DNA of 64,000 nucleotides from Escherichia coli (GTDB lineage Bacteria; Pseudomonadota; Gammaproteobacteria; Enterobacterales; Enterobacteriaceae): NCBI RefSeq assembly GCF_050920415.1, contig NZ_CP169309.1; one strand, 5' to 3'. Shown piece by piece: positions 1 to 8,771 of this stretch (position 1 is its first letter; each line of letters starts with the position of its first letter). The notes under the pieces were generated by a model. It saw only the letters and a program-made list of their open reading frames with translations, ran no database searches and was not told where the DNA came from. The position numbers and the translations under genes were made by a program.

Positions 1-32
1 CTTTTGAACCAGTCAATGAACCTAAAAACATT

Positions 33-407
33 ATGTTCGAACATGTCCGAACGGAGTGTGAAAAAACTCCTGACCGTCACGAAGAAACCGACAAGGCATT
101 CGAGGAAATATTCTGGTGTGCAGGCATGCGGAAGGCCGGGAAGAAAAACGCAGCGTCGGCATTCAGAACACAGTTCAGGGAATGGCGTAAAACTACCAGG
201 GGTACGGCAAGCGAGTTTGCCACGATGCTGGCAGAAGACATCGCATGCAGGAATGGTAAGCAGTTCGGATTCGACAGGTTGTTACCATCGAGCTACCTGA
301 ACGGTCAACGCTGGAACGACGAGAAGCCAGAAACTATTCAACCACAATCCAAACCATCATCCGCAATCACCGTATCGAAAACTGGCTACGTGTTTTTCGA
401 CAGGTGA
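33..407 (+). CDS. Hypothetical phage early protein upstream of primase-helicase; possibly 5'-partial
   Basis: 124-aa ORF. The same frame is open back to nt 3, so the true start may lie outside the window. I recognise no domain. Position and orientation fit the early-right operon. Confidence 0.4.
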   Translation: MFEHVRTECEKTPDRHEETDKAFEEIFWCAGMRKAGKKNAASAFRTQFREWRKTTRGTASEFATMLAEDIACRNGKQFGFDRLLPSSYLNGQRWNDEKPETIQPQSKPSSAITVSKTGYVFFDR

Positions 408-410
408 ACC

Positions 411-518
411 ATGAAATCAAAAATCAAATCGCTACTGGTCGCTGGTTATAACCACGGCTGGTTAAGTATTTCGTTTGTCGATTTCTGGTTTAAAAATCTC
501 AATCTGAGGGAATCATGA
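411..518 (+). CDS. Small 35-aa ORF apparently translationally coupled to the primase-helicase
   Basis: ATG at 411 gives MKSKIKSLLVAGYNHGWLSISFVDFWFKNLNLRES. Its TGA (516-518) overlaps the ATG at 515 in an ATGA junction. No homology recognised. Confidence 0.25.
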   Translation: MKSKIKSLLVAGYNHGWLSISFVDFWFKNLNLRES

Positions 519-2395
519 CGCCAAGTGAACTTAGCGACCTGCTTTGGGCGCAGGTTGACAGGGTGGCTCCGCACCTGTTGCCAAACGGCAAGAAAGAGGG
601 GCATGAGTGGGTTGCCGGTAACGTCAACGGTGACAAGGGAAACAGCCTTAAGGTCAACCTTAGCGGCAAGAAAAAATGGGCTGATTTCGCTGAGGGAGAC
701 GGCGGTGACATGCTTGATTTGTGGATGGCATGTCGTGGAATTAACCTGCATCAGGCTATGCAGGAAGCGAAAGCCTTTCTCGGTATCAAGGATGACGATC
801 ACCATTTCGATGCCAAACGTGAGAAGAAATTCTCCAGACCTGATCGCAAGAAAATCGCCCGCTACGTTACCAGAACAGAATCCCATCTTGAGTACCTGCA
901 ATCGCGTGGCATATCGCCAGAAGTCGTAAAGCGCTACGAGGTTGTCAGCGGCAAGGTGTGGAATGGAGAACGAGAACTTGATGCACTGGTGCTTCCGTAC
1001 AAACGCGATGGTGAGTTGTTGCAGGTCAAGCGAATCAGCACTGAGCGCCCGGACGGGAAGAAAGTCATTATGGCAGAAGGTGATTGTGAACCTTGTCTGT
1101 TCGGATGGCAGGCTCTGGACGCTGGCGTGAGGGCGGTTGTGCTTTGCGAAGGCGAAATTGATTGTATGAGCTATGCGCAATACGGCATCTCGGCGTTATC
1201 CGTGCCGTTTGGTGGAGGAAAAGGCGCTAAGCAGCAGTGGATTGAGTTTGAGTATCACAACCTCGACAGGTTTGAGGAAATATTCATCTCGATGGACGTT
1301 GATGATGTTGGTCGTGAAGCCGCAAGGGAAATCGCAAGCCGACTCGGTGAACATCGTTGCCGTCTTGTTACTCTGCCGTACAAAGACATCAACGAATGCC
1401 TGATGAACGGTGTTACCGAGGATGAAATCTGGCAGTACATCGGCACGGCATCCTACTTCGATCCTGAAGAACTCTACAGCGCGCGAGAGTTTTACCAGGA
1501 CACTATCAACGCTTTCTACGGCAAGCAGCAGTATCTATTTAATCCACCGTGGGAATCTCTGGCAGATAAATTCCAGTTCCGTGAGGCCGAGTTGACGCTG
1601 GTCAATGGTGTGAACGGTCACGGAAAAACGGAGGTTGTCGGGCATATGGCACTTGAGGCAATGCGTCAGGGTGTGAAGACGTGCATCGCGTCACTTGAGC
1701 TGAAGCCTGGTATTCTCCTTAAGCGCCTTACCCGTCAGGCAACGTGCTGCAAGATGCCGCCAGTGCTTGAAATTGACTCTGCATTTAAATTCTATGACGA
1801 AAGACTTTGGGTGTTTGGCCTGACCGGAACGGCGAAAGCCGACAGGTTGATCGAAATATTCGACTACGCTCGCCGCCGATACGGCATCCAGTTATTCATC
1901 ATCGACAGCCTGATGAAATGCGGCATAGGTGACGATGACTATAACGGGCAGAAAGCATTTGTTGACTCGATTTGCGACTTCAAAAACAAAACAAACTCCC
2001 ACGTCATTCTCGTTACTCACTCCAGAAAAGGAGACAGCGAAGAAAAACCAACCGGGAAAATGGACGTAAAAGGCTCTGGAGCGATAACAGACCTGACAGA
2101 CAACCTTTTCATCATCTGGCGTAACAAGGCTCGCGAGAGAGCGTTACAGAGAGTTCAGAGTGGTGAAAAGATGTCAGAGAAGGACGAACAGCTACTGGCA
2201 TCTCCGGCATCTGTTTTGATGCTTGAAAAACAACGTAACGGCGAAGGTTGGGAAGGTGGTGTCCCGTTGTTCCTTGACGAGCAATCGCACCAGTTCCTGC
2301 AACTTGAATCAGGATCGCCTTATAGCTACATCGCCAATATGCCGAAATCGGAATATGACGAGGCGTGGCGACAGGAAAACGTGACGGAGTATTAA
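515..2395 (+). CDS. Bifunctional DNA primase / DnaB-type replicative helicase (T7 gp4-like architecture)
   Basis: 626 aa. TOPRIM-like segment VVLCEGEIDCMSYAQYGISALSVPFGGG...ISMDVDDVGREAA. C-terminal helicase with Walker A GVNGHGKT and Walker B LFIIDSLM. Confidence 0.85.
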   Translation: MTPSELSDLLWAQVDRVAPHLLPNGKKEGHEWVAGNVNGDKGNSLKVNLSGKKKWADFAEGDGGDMLDLWMACRGINLHQAMQEAKAFLGIKDDDHHFDAKREKKFSRPDRKKIARYVTRTESHLEYLQSRGISPEVVKRYEVVSGKVWNGERELDALVLPYKRDGELLQVKRISTERPDGKKVIMAEGDCEPCLFGWQALDAGVRAVVLCEGEIDCMSYAQYGISALSVPFGGGKGAKQQWIEFEYHNLDRFEEIFISMDVDDVGREAAREIASRLGEHRCRLVTLPYKDINECLMNGVTEDEIWQYIGTASYFDPEELYSAREFYQDTINAFYGKQQYLFNPPWESLADKFQFREAELTLVNGVNGHGKTEVVGHMALEAMRQGVKTCIASLELKPGILLKRLTRQATCCKMPPVLEIDSAFKFYDERLWVFGLTGTAKADRLIEIFDYARRRYGIQLFIIDSLMKCGIGDDDYNGQKAFVDSICDFKNKTNSHVILVTHSRKGDSEEKPTGKMDVKGSGAITDLTDNLFIIWRNKARERALQRVQSGEKMSEKDEQLLASPASVLMLEKQRNGEGWEGGVPLFLDEQSHQFLQLESGSPYSYIANMPKSEYDEAWRQENVTEY

Positions 2396-2422
2396 ATGAC
2401 CATCTACATCACTGAGCTAATA

Positions 2423-2455
2423 AAAGGCCTGCTGGTAATCGCAGGCCTTTTTATT
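2423..2455 (+). terminator. Rho-independent terminator upstream of ninB (lambda tR2-like)
   Basis: AAAGGCCTGC / loop tggtaatc / GCAGGCCTTT followed by TTATTT. From memory this matches the lambda sequence preceding ninB. Confidence 0.7.
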
Positions 2456-2472
2456 TGGGGGAGAGGGAAGTC

Positions 2473-2913
2473 ATGAAAAAACTAACCTTTGAAATTCGAT
2501 CTCCGGCACATCAGCAAAACGCTATTCACGCGGTACAGCAAATCCTTCCAGACCCAACCAAGCCAATCGTAGTGATCATTCAGGAGCGCAACCGCAGCTT
2601 AGACCAGAATCGGAAGCTTTGGGCTTGCCTTGGTGACGTCTCTCGTCAGGTTGAATGGCATGGGCGTTGGCTGGATGCAGAAAGCTGGAAGTGTGTGTTT
2701 ACCGCAGCATTAAAGCAGCAGGATGTTGTTCCTAACCTTGCCGGGAATGGCTTTGTGGTAATAGGCCAGTCAACCAGCAGGATGCGTGTAGGCGAATTTG
2801 CGGAGCTATTAGAGCTTATACAGGCATTCGGTACAGAGCGTGGCGTTAAGTGGTCAGACGAAGCGCGACTGGCTCTCGAATGGAAAGCGCGATGGGGAGA
2901 TCGGGCTGCATGA
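2473..2913 (+). CDS. ninB: NinB (Orf-family recombination mediator)
   Basis: 146 aa beginning MKKLTFEIRSPAHQQNAIHAVQQILPDPTKP. Recalled as essentially the lambda NinB sequence. GGGAAG lies 4 nt upstream of the ATG. Confidence 0.95.
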   Translation: MKKLTFEIRSPAHQQNAIHAVQQILPDPTKPIVVIIQERNRSLDQNRKLWACLGDVSRQVEWHGRWLDAESWKCVFTAALKQQDVVPNLAGNGFVVIGQSTSRMRVGEFAELLELIQAFGTERGVKWSDEARLALEWKARWGDRAA

Positions 2914-3437
2914 CTATCAAATCAAATACGCCAGCACACGACAAGGACTGCTGGCAAACGCCGCTTTGGCTTTTTGATGCACTGGATATTGAGTTTGGAT
3001 TCTGGCTGGATTCGGCAGCGAGCGACAAAAACGCTCTGTGCGCTCACTGGCTAACTGAGGCCGACGACGCGCTCAATTCTGAGTGGGTAAGCCACGGTGC
3101 AATCTGGAATAACCCACCGTACAGCAATATCAGGCCGTGGGTGGAAAAAGCCGCTGAGCAGTGTATACAACAGCGACAGACGGTAGTGATGCTTGTGCCA
3201 GAGGATATGTCAGTCGGATGGTTCAGCAAGGCTCTGGAGAGTGTCGACGAAGTTCGTATTATCACTGATGGACGGATTAATTTTATCGAACCATCGACAG
3301 GGCTAGAGAAGAAGGGAAACAGCAAAGGTTCCATGCTGCTGATTTGGCGACCGTTCATCAGTCCTCGACGGATGTTTACTACCGTATCCAAAGCGGCATT
3401 GATGGCGATCGGGCAGGGCGTCAGGAGGGCGGCATGA
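2910..3437 (+). CDS. Phage DNA N6-adenine methyltransferase
   Basis: 175 aa. ATGA overlap with the ninB stop. Catalytic NPPY motif ([10 protein letters not shown]). Occupies the ninC/ninD slot of the nin region. Confidence 0.85.
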   Translation: MTIKSNTPAHDKDCWQTPLWLFDALDIEFGFWLDSAASDKNALCAHWLTEADDALNSEWVSHGAIWNNPPYSNIRPWVEKAAEQCIQQRQTVVMLVPEDMSVGWFSKALESVDEVRIITDGRINFIEPSTGLEKKGNSKGSMLLIWRPFISPRRMFTTVSKAALMAIGQGVRRAA

Positions 3438-3616
3438 GACGACAGCGACGAAGTATCACCGACATAATCTGCGAAAACTGCAAATACCTTCCAACGAAGC
3501 GCTCCAGAAATAAACGCAAGCCAATCCCAAAAGAATCTGACGTAAAAACCTTCAACTACACGGCTCACCTGTGGGATATCCGGTGGCTTAGAGAACGTGC
3601 GAGGAAAATAAGGTGA
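3434..3616 (+). CDS. ninE: NinE
   Basis: 60 aa [27 protein letters not shown]..., matching the remembered lambda/DLP12 NinE. ATGA overlap with the upstream gene. Confidence 0.9.
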   Translation: MRRQRRSITDIICENCKYLPTKRSRNKRKPIPKESDVKTFNYTAHLWDIRWLRERARKIR

Positions 3617-3783
3617 TTGACCCAAATCGAAGTTACGAACAAGAAAGCGTAGAGCGGGCTTTAACGTGCGCTAACTGCGGTCAGAAGCTGCATGTGCTTG
3701 AAGTTCACGTGTGTGAGCACTGCTGCGCAGAACTGATGAGCGATCCGAATAGCTCAATGTACGAGGAAGAAGACGATGAATGA
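3613..3783 (+). CDS. ninF: NinF
   Basis: GTG start overlapping the ninE stop. 56 aa (V)[55 protein letters not shown], matching the remembered lambda NinF. Too short for the ORF track. Confidence 0.85.
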   Translation: MIDPNRSYEQESVERALTCANCGQKLHVLEVHVCEHCCAELMSDPNSSMYEEEDDE

Positions 3784-4498
3784 GTTAATAAATGGCAATG
3801 CTATCAAAATGACAAGCATTGAAATCGCTGAGTTGGTGGGTAAGCGTCAAGACAATGTGAAACGTACCATCGAAACGCTGGCTAAAAATGGTGTTATCCG
3901 GCTTCCTCAAATTGAGGTTTCCGAAAGAATCAATAACTTAGGGTTCAATGTTCAGTACGAGCATTACGTCTTCGAAGGCGAACAAGGTAAGCGAGACAGT
4001 ATTGTCGTTGTTGCCCAGTTGTCGCCGGAATTCACCGCTCGTCTTGTTGACCGTTGGCGAGAGCTTGAGGAAACTGCGGTTAATATCCCCAAAACGCTAC
4101 CAGAAGCGTTGCGCCTTGCTGCTGATCTTGCTGAGCAGAAAATGCAACTGGAAAACCAGCTCGCAATTGCCGCACCTAAAGTTGAGTTTGCCGATCGCGT
4201 TGGCGAGGCCAGCGGAATTTTGATTGGAAACTTTGCAAAGGTTGTCGGTATTGGTCCAAACAAACTGTTTGCGTGGATGCGTGATCACAAAATCCTTATT
4301 GCTTCAGGTTCCCGGCGCAATGTGCCAATGCAGGAATATATGGATCGCGGCTATTTCACAGTGAAAGAAACAGCGGTCAACACAAATCACGGAATACAGA
4401 TATCGTTCACCACAAAAATCACCGGGCGTGGTCAACAGTGGCTGACCAGAAAGCTGCTCGATAACGGAATGCTGAAAGTAACAGGGGAGGCTGCTTAA
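3776..4498 (+). CDS. Rha-family regulator with KilAC/ANT antirepressor-type C-terminal domain
   Basis: 240 aa. N-terminus MTSIEIAELVGKRQDNVKRTIETL is typical of Rha. C-terminal PKVEFADRV...FAKVVGIGPNKLFAWMRDHKIL is typical of the KilAC/ANT domain. Confidence 0.7.
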   Translation: MNELINGNAIKMTSIEIAELVGKRQDNVKRTIETLAKNGVIRLPQIEVSERINNLGFNVQYEHYVFEGEQGKRDSIVVVAQLSPEFTARLVDRWRELEETAVNIPKTLPEALRLAADLAEQKMQLENQLAIAAPKVEFADRVGEASGILIGNFAKVVGIGPNKLFAWMRDHKILIASGSRRNVPMQEYMDRGYFTVKETAVNTNHGIQISFTTKITGRGQQWLTRKLLDNGMLKVTGEAA

Positions 4499-4788
4499 TG
4501 GCTAACCTACGCAAAGAAGCGCGCAACAGAGAATGCCAGGTACGTATTTACGGCGTATGCAATGGCAATCCTGAAACTACAGTTCTGGCACATTACCGGA
4601 TGGCTGGAATTTGCGGAACGGGAATGAAACCTGACGACCTGATCGGCGCATGGGCTTGTAGTGACTGCCACGCGGAGATCGACCGACGCACAAGGATTCT
4701 CGACAACAAAGACGCCAGACTTTACCACCTCGAAGGCGTGATAAGGACGCAGGCGATACTGCTGAAGGAGGGGAAGATTAAGCCATGA
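4498..4788 (+). CDS. DUF1364 protein (YbcO-like, usually precedes rusA in lambdoid nin regions)
   Basis: 96 aa and Cys/His-rich (CQVRIYGVC...CSDCH). Same size and position as DLP12 YbcO, immediately upstream of rusA. Confidence 0.75.
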   Translation: MANLRKEARNRECQVRIYGVCNGNPETTVLAHYRMAGICGTGMKPDDLIGAWACSDCHAEIDRRTRILDNKDARLYHLEGVIRTQAILLKEGKIKP

Positions 4789-5146
4789 ACGAATATCAGT
4801 TTGTGCTTCCATACCCGCCGTCGCTGAACACCTACTGGCGAAGACGGGGAGTCAATACTACATCAGCGATAAAGGCCAGAAATACCGAAAAGACGTTCAG
4901 CAAATCATCCGCCAACTTAAGTTAGACATTTTCACCAAATCACGACTCCGCATCAAAGTCATCGCAGACGTTCCAGACTCCCGCCGCCGCGACCTCGATA
5001 ACATCCTGAAGGGTTTACTCGACTCCCTTATCCACGCCGGATTTGCGGAAGACGACGAGCAATTCGATGACATTCGCGTAATTCGTGGTGTGAAAGTACC
5101 AGGCGGACGGCTTGGAATAAAAATCACCGAACTGGAGAACGTATGA
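4785..5146 (+). pseudogene. rusA: RusA Holliday-junction resolvase, interrupted by a 1-nt frameshift
   Basis: Frame 3 reads MNEYQFVLPYPPSLNTYWRRRG and then stops at 4923-4925. Frame 2 continues ...YYISDKGQKYRKDVQQIIRQLKLDIFTKSRLRIKVIADVPDSRRRDLDNILKGLLDSLIHAGFAEDDEQFDDIRVIRGVKVPGGRLGIKITELENV* with the RusA DLDN motif. The span is 362 nt (3n+2). The G4 run at 4846-4849 is the likely site. Confidence 0.8.
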
Positions 5147-5331
5147 ACGCCACAATTCAAACGATACCAGAGCTTCTTATCCAGACACGAGGCAATCAGA
5201 CCGAAGTGGCGAGGATGCTTTCCTGCGCAAGAGGAACAGTGCTCAAGTACAACCGAGACAGCAAAGGCGAGCGTCACGTAATAGTTAACGGCGTCCTGAT
5301 GGTCAAACAGGGCAAAAGGGGAAGGCCATGA
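5143..5331 (+). CDS. ninH: NinH
   Basis: 62 aa. TIPELLIQTRGNQTEVARMLSCARGTVLKY resembles lambda NinH (GNQTEVARRLKCSRGTVRKY). Confidence 0.85.
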   Translation: MNATIQTIPELLIQTRGNQTEVARMLSCARGTVLKYNRDSKGERHVIVNGVLMVKQGKRGRP

Positions 5332-5951
5332 GACTAGAAAGCGTAGCTAAATTTCATTCGCCAAAAAGCCCGATGATGAGTGACTCACCACGGGCCACGG
5401 CTTCTGACTCTCTTTCCGGTACTGATGTGATGGCTGCTATGGGGATGGCGCAATCACAAGCCGGATTCGGAATGGCTGCATTCTGTGGTAAGCACGAACT
5501 CAGCCAGAACGACAAACAAAAGGCTATCAACTATCTGATGCAATTTGCACACAAGGTATCGGGGAAATACCGGGGTGTGGCAAAGCTCGAAGGAAATACT
5601 AAGGCAAAGGTACTGCAAGTGCTCGCAACATTCGCTTATGCTGATTATTGCCGTAGTGCCGCGACGCCGGGCGCAAGATGCAGAGATTGCCACGGTACAG
5701 GCCGTGCGGTTGATATAGCCAAAACAGAGCAGTGGGGGAGAGTTGTTGAGAAAGAGTGCGGAAGATGCAAAGGTGTCGGCTATTCAAGAATGCCAGCAAG
5801 CGCTGCATATCGCGCTGTAACGATGCTAATCCCAAACCTTACCCAACCCACCTGGTCACGCACTGTTAAGCCGCTGTATGACGCTCTGGTGGTGCAATGC
5901 CACAAAGAAGAGTCAATCGCAGACAACATTTTGAATGCGGTCACACGTTAG
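5328..5951 (+). CDS. Q: Late-gene antiterminator Q (lambda type)
   Basis: 207 aa MRLESVAKFHSPKSPMMSDSPRATASDSLSGTDVMAAMG...CRDCHGTGR...CGRCKGVGYS. Matches the remembered lambda Q almost residue for residue. Confidence 0.95.
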   Translation: MRLESVAKFHSPKSPMMSDSPRATASDSLSGTDVMAAMGMAQSQAGFGMAAFCGKHELSQNDKQKAINYLMQFAHKVSGKYRGVAKLEGNTKAKVLQVLATFAYADYCRSAATPGARCRDCHGTGRAVDIAKTEQWGRVVEKECGRCKGVGYSRMPASAAYRAVTMLIPNLTQPTWSRTVKPLYDALVVQCHKEESIADNILNAVTR

Positions 5952-5993
5952 CAGCATGATTGCCACGGATGGCAACATATTAACGGCATGATA

Positions 5994-6034
5994 TTGACTT
6001 TTTGAATAAAGTTGGGTAAATTTGACTCAACGAT
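5994..6034 (+). promoter_or_regulatory. Late promoter pR-prime with qut / promoter-proximal pause element
   Basis: -35 TTGACT (5994-5999), 17-nt spacer, -10 TAAATT (6017-6022), then AACGAT (6029-6034), the -10-like pause inducer. The string TTGGGTAAATTTGACTCAACGATGG matches the lambda pR-prime as I remember it. Confidence 0.8.
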
Positions 6035-6055
6035 GGATAAATGCACTCGTTAAAT

Positions 6056-6086
6056 AAAGCCCTGAGTTAATAGCTGGGGCTTTTTG
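6056..6086 (+). terminator. Candidate tR-prime-type terminator of the short late leader RNA
   Basis: AAAGCCC ... GGGGCTTT stem followed by TTTTTGCGTTTT, about 30-55 nt downstream of the predicted pR-prime start. Confidence 0.5.
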
Positions 6087-6383
6087 CGTTTTAAGCACGA
6101 CCTTTCTGAAAGCGCATCAAACCAAATACCAGACAGACCAAAATAATCACCTTATCCGCTGTGGCTACGGTGCGGTGTGCTTTGCATAAAAGAAAACCAG
6201 CTCAATGGCTGGCTTCGTGAAAGCGGGTGGCAAGAGGTTGCGCTAACAACCTCATGCCGTTTTGCCCGTGCATATCGGTCACGAACAAATCTGATTACTA
6301 AACACAGTAGCCTGGATTTGTTCTATCAGTAATCGACCTTATTCCTAATTAAATAGAGCAAATCCCCTTATTGGGGGTAAGAC

Positions 6384-6707
6384 ATGAAGATGCCAGAAAA
6401 ACATGACCTGTTAGCCGCCATTCTCGCGGCAAAGGAACAAGGCATCGGGGCAATCCTTGCGTTTGCAATGGCGTACCTTCGCGGCAGATATAATGGCGGT
6501 GCGTTTACAAAAACAGTAATCGACGCAACGATGTGCGCCATTATCGCCTGGTTCATTCGTGACCTTCTCGACTTCGCCGGACTAAGTAGCAATCTCGCTT
6601 ATATAACGAGCGTGTTCATCGGCTACATCGGTACTGACTCGATTGGTTCGCTTATCAAACGCTTCGCTGCTAAAAAAGCCGGAGTAGAAGATGGTGGAAA
6701 TCAATAA
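6384..6707 (+). CDS. S: Holin S (dual-start S107/S105 motif)
   Basis: 107 aa starting [41 protein letters not shown]. Lambda S sequence with the Met1-Lys2-Met3 dual start. Confidence 0.95.
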   Translation: MKMPEKHDLLAAILAAKEQGIGAILAFAMAYLRGRYNGGAFTKTVIDATMCAIIAWFIRDLLDFAGLSSNLAYITSVFIGYIGTDSIGSLIKRFAAKKAGVEDGGNQ

Positions 6708-7167
6708 TCAACGTAAGGCGTTCCTCGATATGCTGGCGTGGTCAGAGGGAACTGATAACGGACGTCAGAAAACCAGAAATCATGGTTATGACGTCATTGT
6801 AGGCGGGGGGCTATTCACTGATTACTCCGATCACCCTCGCAAACTTGTCACGCTAAACCCCAAACTCAAATCAACAGCAGCCGGACGTTACCAGCTTCTT
6901 TCCCGTTGGTGGGATGCCTACCGCAAGCAGCTTGGCCTGAAAGACTTCTCTCCGAAAAGTCAGGACGCTGTGGCATTGCAGCAGATTAAGGAGCGTGGCG
7001 CTTTGCCGATGATTGATCGCGGTGATATTCGTCAGGCAATCGACCGTTGCAGCAATATCTGGGCTTCACTGCCGGGCGCTGGTTATGGCCAGTTCGAGCA
7101 TAAGGCTGACAGCCTGATTGCAAAATTCAAAGAAGCAGGCGGAACGGTTAGAGAGATTGAGGTATGA
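6691..7167 (+). CDS. R: Endolysin R (lambda-type lytic transglycosylase)
   Basis: 158 aa [39 protein letters not shown].... Lambda R sequence. Start overlaps the end of S. Confidence 0.95.
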   Translation: MVEINNQRKAFLDMLAWSEGTDNGRQKTRNHGYDVIVGGGLFTDYSDHPRKLVTLNPKLKSTAAGRYQLLSRWWDAYRKQLGLKDFSPKSQDAVALQQIKERGALPMIDRGDIRQAIDRCSNIWASLPGAGYGQFEHKADSLIAKFKEAGGTVREIEV

Positions 7168-7601
7168 GCAGAGTCACCGCGATTATCTCCGCTCTGATTA
7201 TCTGCATCGTCGTCTGTCTGTCATGGGCGGTCAATCATTACCGTGATAACGCCATCGCCTACAAAGAACAGCGCGATAAGGCCGCATCCACAATCGCTGA
7301 CATGCAGAAGCGTCAACGTGATGTAGCAGAACTTGACGCCAGATACACAAAGGAGCTTGCTGATGCTAATGCGACTATCGAAAGTCTCCGTGCTGATGTT
7401 TCTGCTGGTCGTAAGCGCCTGCAAGTCGCCGCCACCTGTGCAAAGTCAACGACCGGAGCCAACAGCATGGGCGATGGAGAAAGCCCAAGACTTACAGCAG
7501 ATGCTGAACTCAATTATTACCGTCTCAGAAGTGGAATCGACAAGATAACCGCGCAGGTTAACTACCTGCAGGAATACATCAGGACGCAATGCCTGAAATG
7601 A
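7164..7601 (+). CDS. Rz: i-spanin Rz (P22 gene 15-like)
   Basis: 145 aa. N-terminal TM segment [20 protein letters not shown] followed by a coiled-coil periplasmic domain. ATGA overlap with R. Confidence 0.85.
   Translation: MSRVTAIISALIICIVVCLSWAVNHYRDNAIAYKEQRDKAASTIADMQKRQRDVAELDARYTKELADANATIESLRADVSAGRKRLQVAATCAKSTTGANSMGDGESPRLTADAELNYYRLRSGIDKITAQVNYLQEYIRTQCLK
7363..7548 (+). CDS. Rz1: o-spanin Rz1, embedded out of frame inside Rz
   Basis: AAGGAG lies 7 nt upstream of the ATG at 7363. 61 aa [20 protein letters not shown] with lipobox VSAC, then Pro-rich [13 protein letters not shown]. Lies entirely within Rz in the +1 frame. Confidence 0.75.
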   Translation: MLMRLSKVSVLMFLLVVSACKSPPPVQSQRPEPTAWAMEKAQDLQQMLNSIITVSEVESTR

Positions 7602-7634
7602 TGGGCGATGAAAACCAAAAAACAGGAGCAATAC

Positions 7635-7910
7635 ATGACTAAGCTTTATCACCGCATCTCAACTTTTCTCTCTGGGTGCTGGGCGTTTATCACGTCTATT
7701 TCGTTCGCCATCTTTAGTTTCGGTAGCACAGCATGCTCGCTTAGTCGGGGTATGTGGCGTGCTATTTCAGCACTAGCGCCGAAATTTTTACCTGAAAAGG
7801 CTGTTTGGCGAATTGTAGAGCGAATGTGTAGTGAGAGCGTTCGCGAGAAGATTAACGTATTTGGGCGTCATCCTCGAAATACAGGCGCATTGTGCAGTTC
7901 GTTACTGTAG
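7635..7910 (+). CDS. Hypothetical Cys-rich membrane protein (moron position after the lysis cassette)
   Basis: AGGAG lies 7 nt upstream of the ATG at 7635 (the ORF track starts at 7608). One hydrophobic segment ISTFLSGCWAFITSISFAIFSFGSTACSL. No family recognised. Confidence 0.4.
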   Translation: MTKLYHRISTFLSGCWAFITSISFAIFSFGSTACSLSRGMWRAISALAPKFLPEKAVWRIVERMCSESVREKINVFGRHPRNTGALCSSLL

Positions 7911-7918
7911 TCATTACA

Positions 7919-7947
7919 AAGCCCATCAATGGGTGGGCTTGATAATG
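7919..7947 (+). repeat. Copy A of hairpin + GATAATG motif
   Basis: AAGCCCA / loop / TGGGCTT followed by GATAATG and preceded by CATTACAAA. See copy B at 8355-8387. Confidence 0.6.
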
Positions 7948-8139
7948 AAACCGGAATTTATTCTGGGCCACCAGTTAACGGCAGTACAGCGAAACAACCC
8001 AAGCCAGTAAGTGGGGAAATAACACTGGCAGCCACTGAAAGATGAACCTCCTGCCTTATGGCAAAAAAGATTCTTTGTGGTGGCGGACTGATGGAAAGAC
8101 ATCCACTGAATCGATGATAAACAAGTGGAATAGGTTGCG

Positions 8140-8310
8140 ATGGTTTCCGTGAACAAAGATCCGAAGGAAGGCGTTGAATACATCACTGGTGCTGATGGTG
8201 TGAAAAGGCCAATGGCTTATTACAAAGCTGCTGAAGAGAGGGCAAGAATGGAAAATCCCCCTAAATGCGGATCATTTTTCGACATGCTGGACCTTCAATG
8301 GAAGTTGTGA
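8140..8310 (+). CDS. Hypothetical 56-aa protein followed by its own terminator
   Basis: ATG at 8140 gives MVSVNKDPKEGVEYITGADGVKRPMAYYKAAEERARMENPPKCGSFFDMLDLQWKL. Followed by a GC-rich imperfect stem and TTTTTTATT (about 8319-8345). Weak RBS. Below the ORF-track size cutoff. Confidence 0.3.
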   Translation: MVSVNKDPKEGVEYITGADGVKRPMAYYKAAEERARMENPPKCGSFFDMLDLQWKL

Positions 8311-8354
8311 ACAACTAACAGGTCGCTCAGGCGGCCTTTTTTATTGCCATCACA

Positions 8355-8387
8355 AAAGCCATTCCCTACATAGTGGCTTTGATAATG
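8355..8387 (+). repeat. Copy B of hairpin + GATAATG motif
   Basis: AAAGCCA / loop / TGGCTTT followed by GATAATG and preceded by CATCACAAA. Same layout as copy A, 436 bp upstream. Confidence 0.6.
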
Positions 8388-8449
8388 GCTTATACCCTAC
8401 ACGGGATAACTTAACTGATATCCCTTTTAACGGATAAACGGAGCCAACA

Positions 8450-8692
8450 ATGGCAGAGATTATTCCCATGACTGAAGAACAGAAGTTCAAGTTAGAAATT
8501 TACCGACTGCTATCTAAGAACAATTCAGCGGCAGAGGAAGCTTTTGCATTCATTGGTGCTGACCAACTGAAACTGGAATTGTTCAAGTTGCACTACAACG
8601 ATGGCGGTGCAAATCCAGACTTCACATCTCGCACTATCGAAGCGGTGCGTAAATCGAAGGAAGCGTTAGACCTGTTCACTACCGGAGCATAA
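8450..8692 (+). CDS. Hypothetical 80-aa protein upstream of small terminase (same size and position as P22 orf80, from memory)
   Basis: 80-aa ORF with GGAG upstream. A further 23-aa ORF (8695-8766) fills the gap to gene 3. Confidence 0.5.
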   Translation: MAEIIPMTEEQKFKLEIYRLLSKNNSAAEEAFAFIGADQLKLELFKLHYNDGGANPDFTSRTIEAVRKSKEALDLFTTGA

Positions 8693-8771
8693 ACATGGCA
8701 ACTCAAGGTTTCGACAACCCATCCAAATTCCGCGATGAATGGGATAAGCAAGCAGAAGGGAAATAATCAAT

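Noticed and set aside
4-300. 98-aa ORF in a second frame over the first phage gene
   Set aside because: It overlaps the 33-407 frame. Its translation is Arg/Ser/Lys-rich and low in complexity. The 33-407 frame remains open to the window edge and better fits operon continuity.
446-1180. 244-aa minus-strand ORF, and similar long antisense ORFs: 3044-3625, 14919-15575, 48903-49538, 51094-51579, 55514-56317, 63257-63922
   Set aside because: Each lies entirely antisense to a well-supported gene: primase-helicase, methylase/ninE, coat/gp4, prmB/aroC, mepA/yfcA, fabB and accD. Their translations are low-complexity or Arg/Ser/Cys-rich. None has a convincing RBS.
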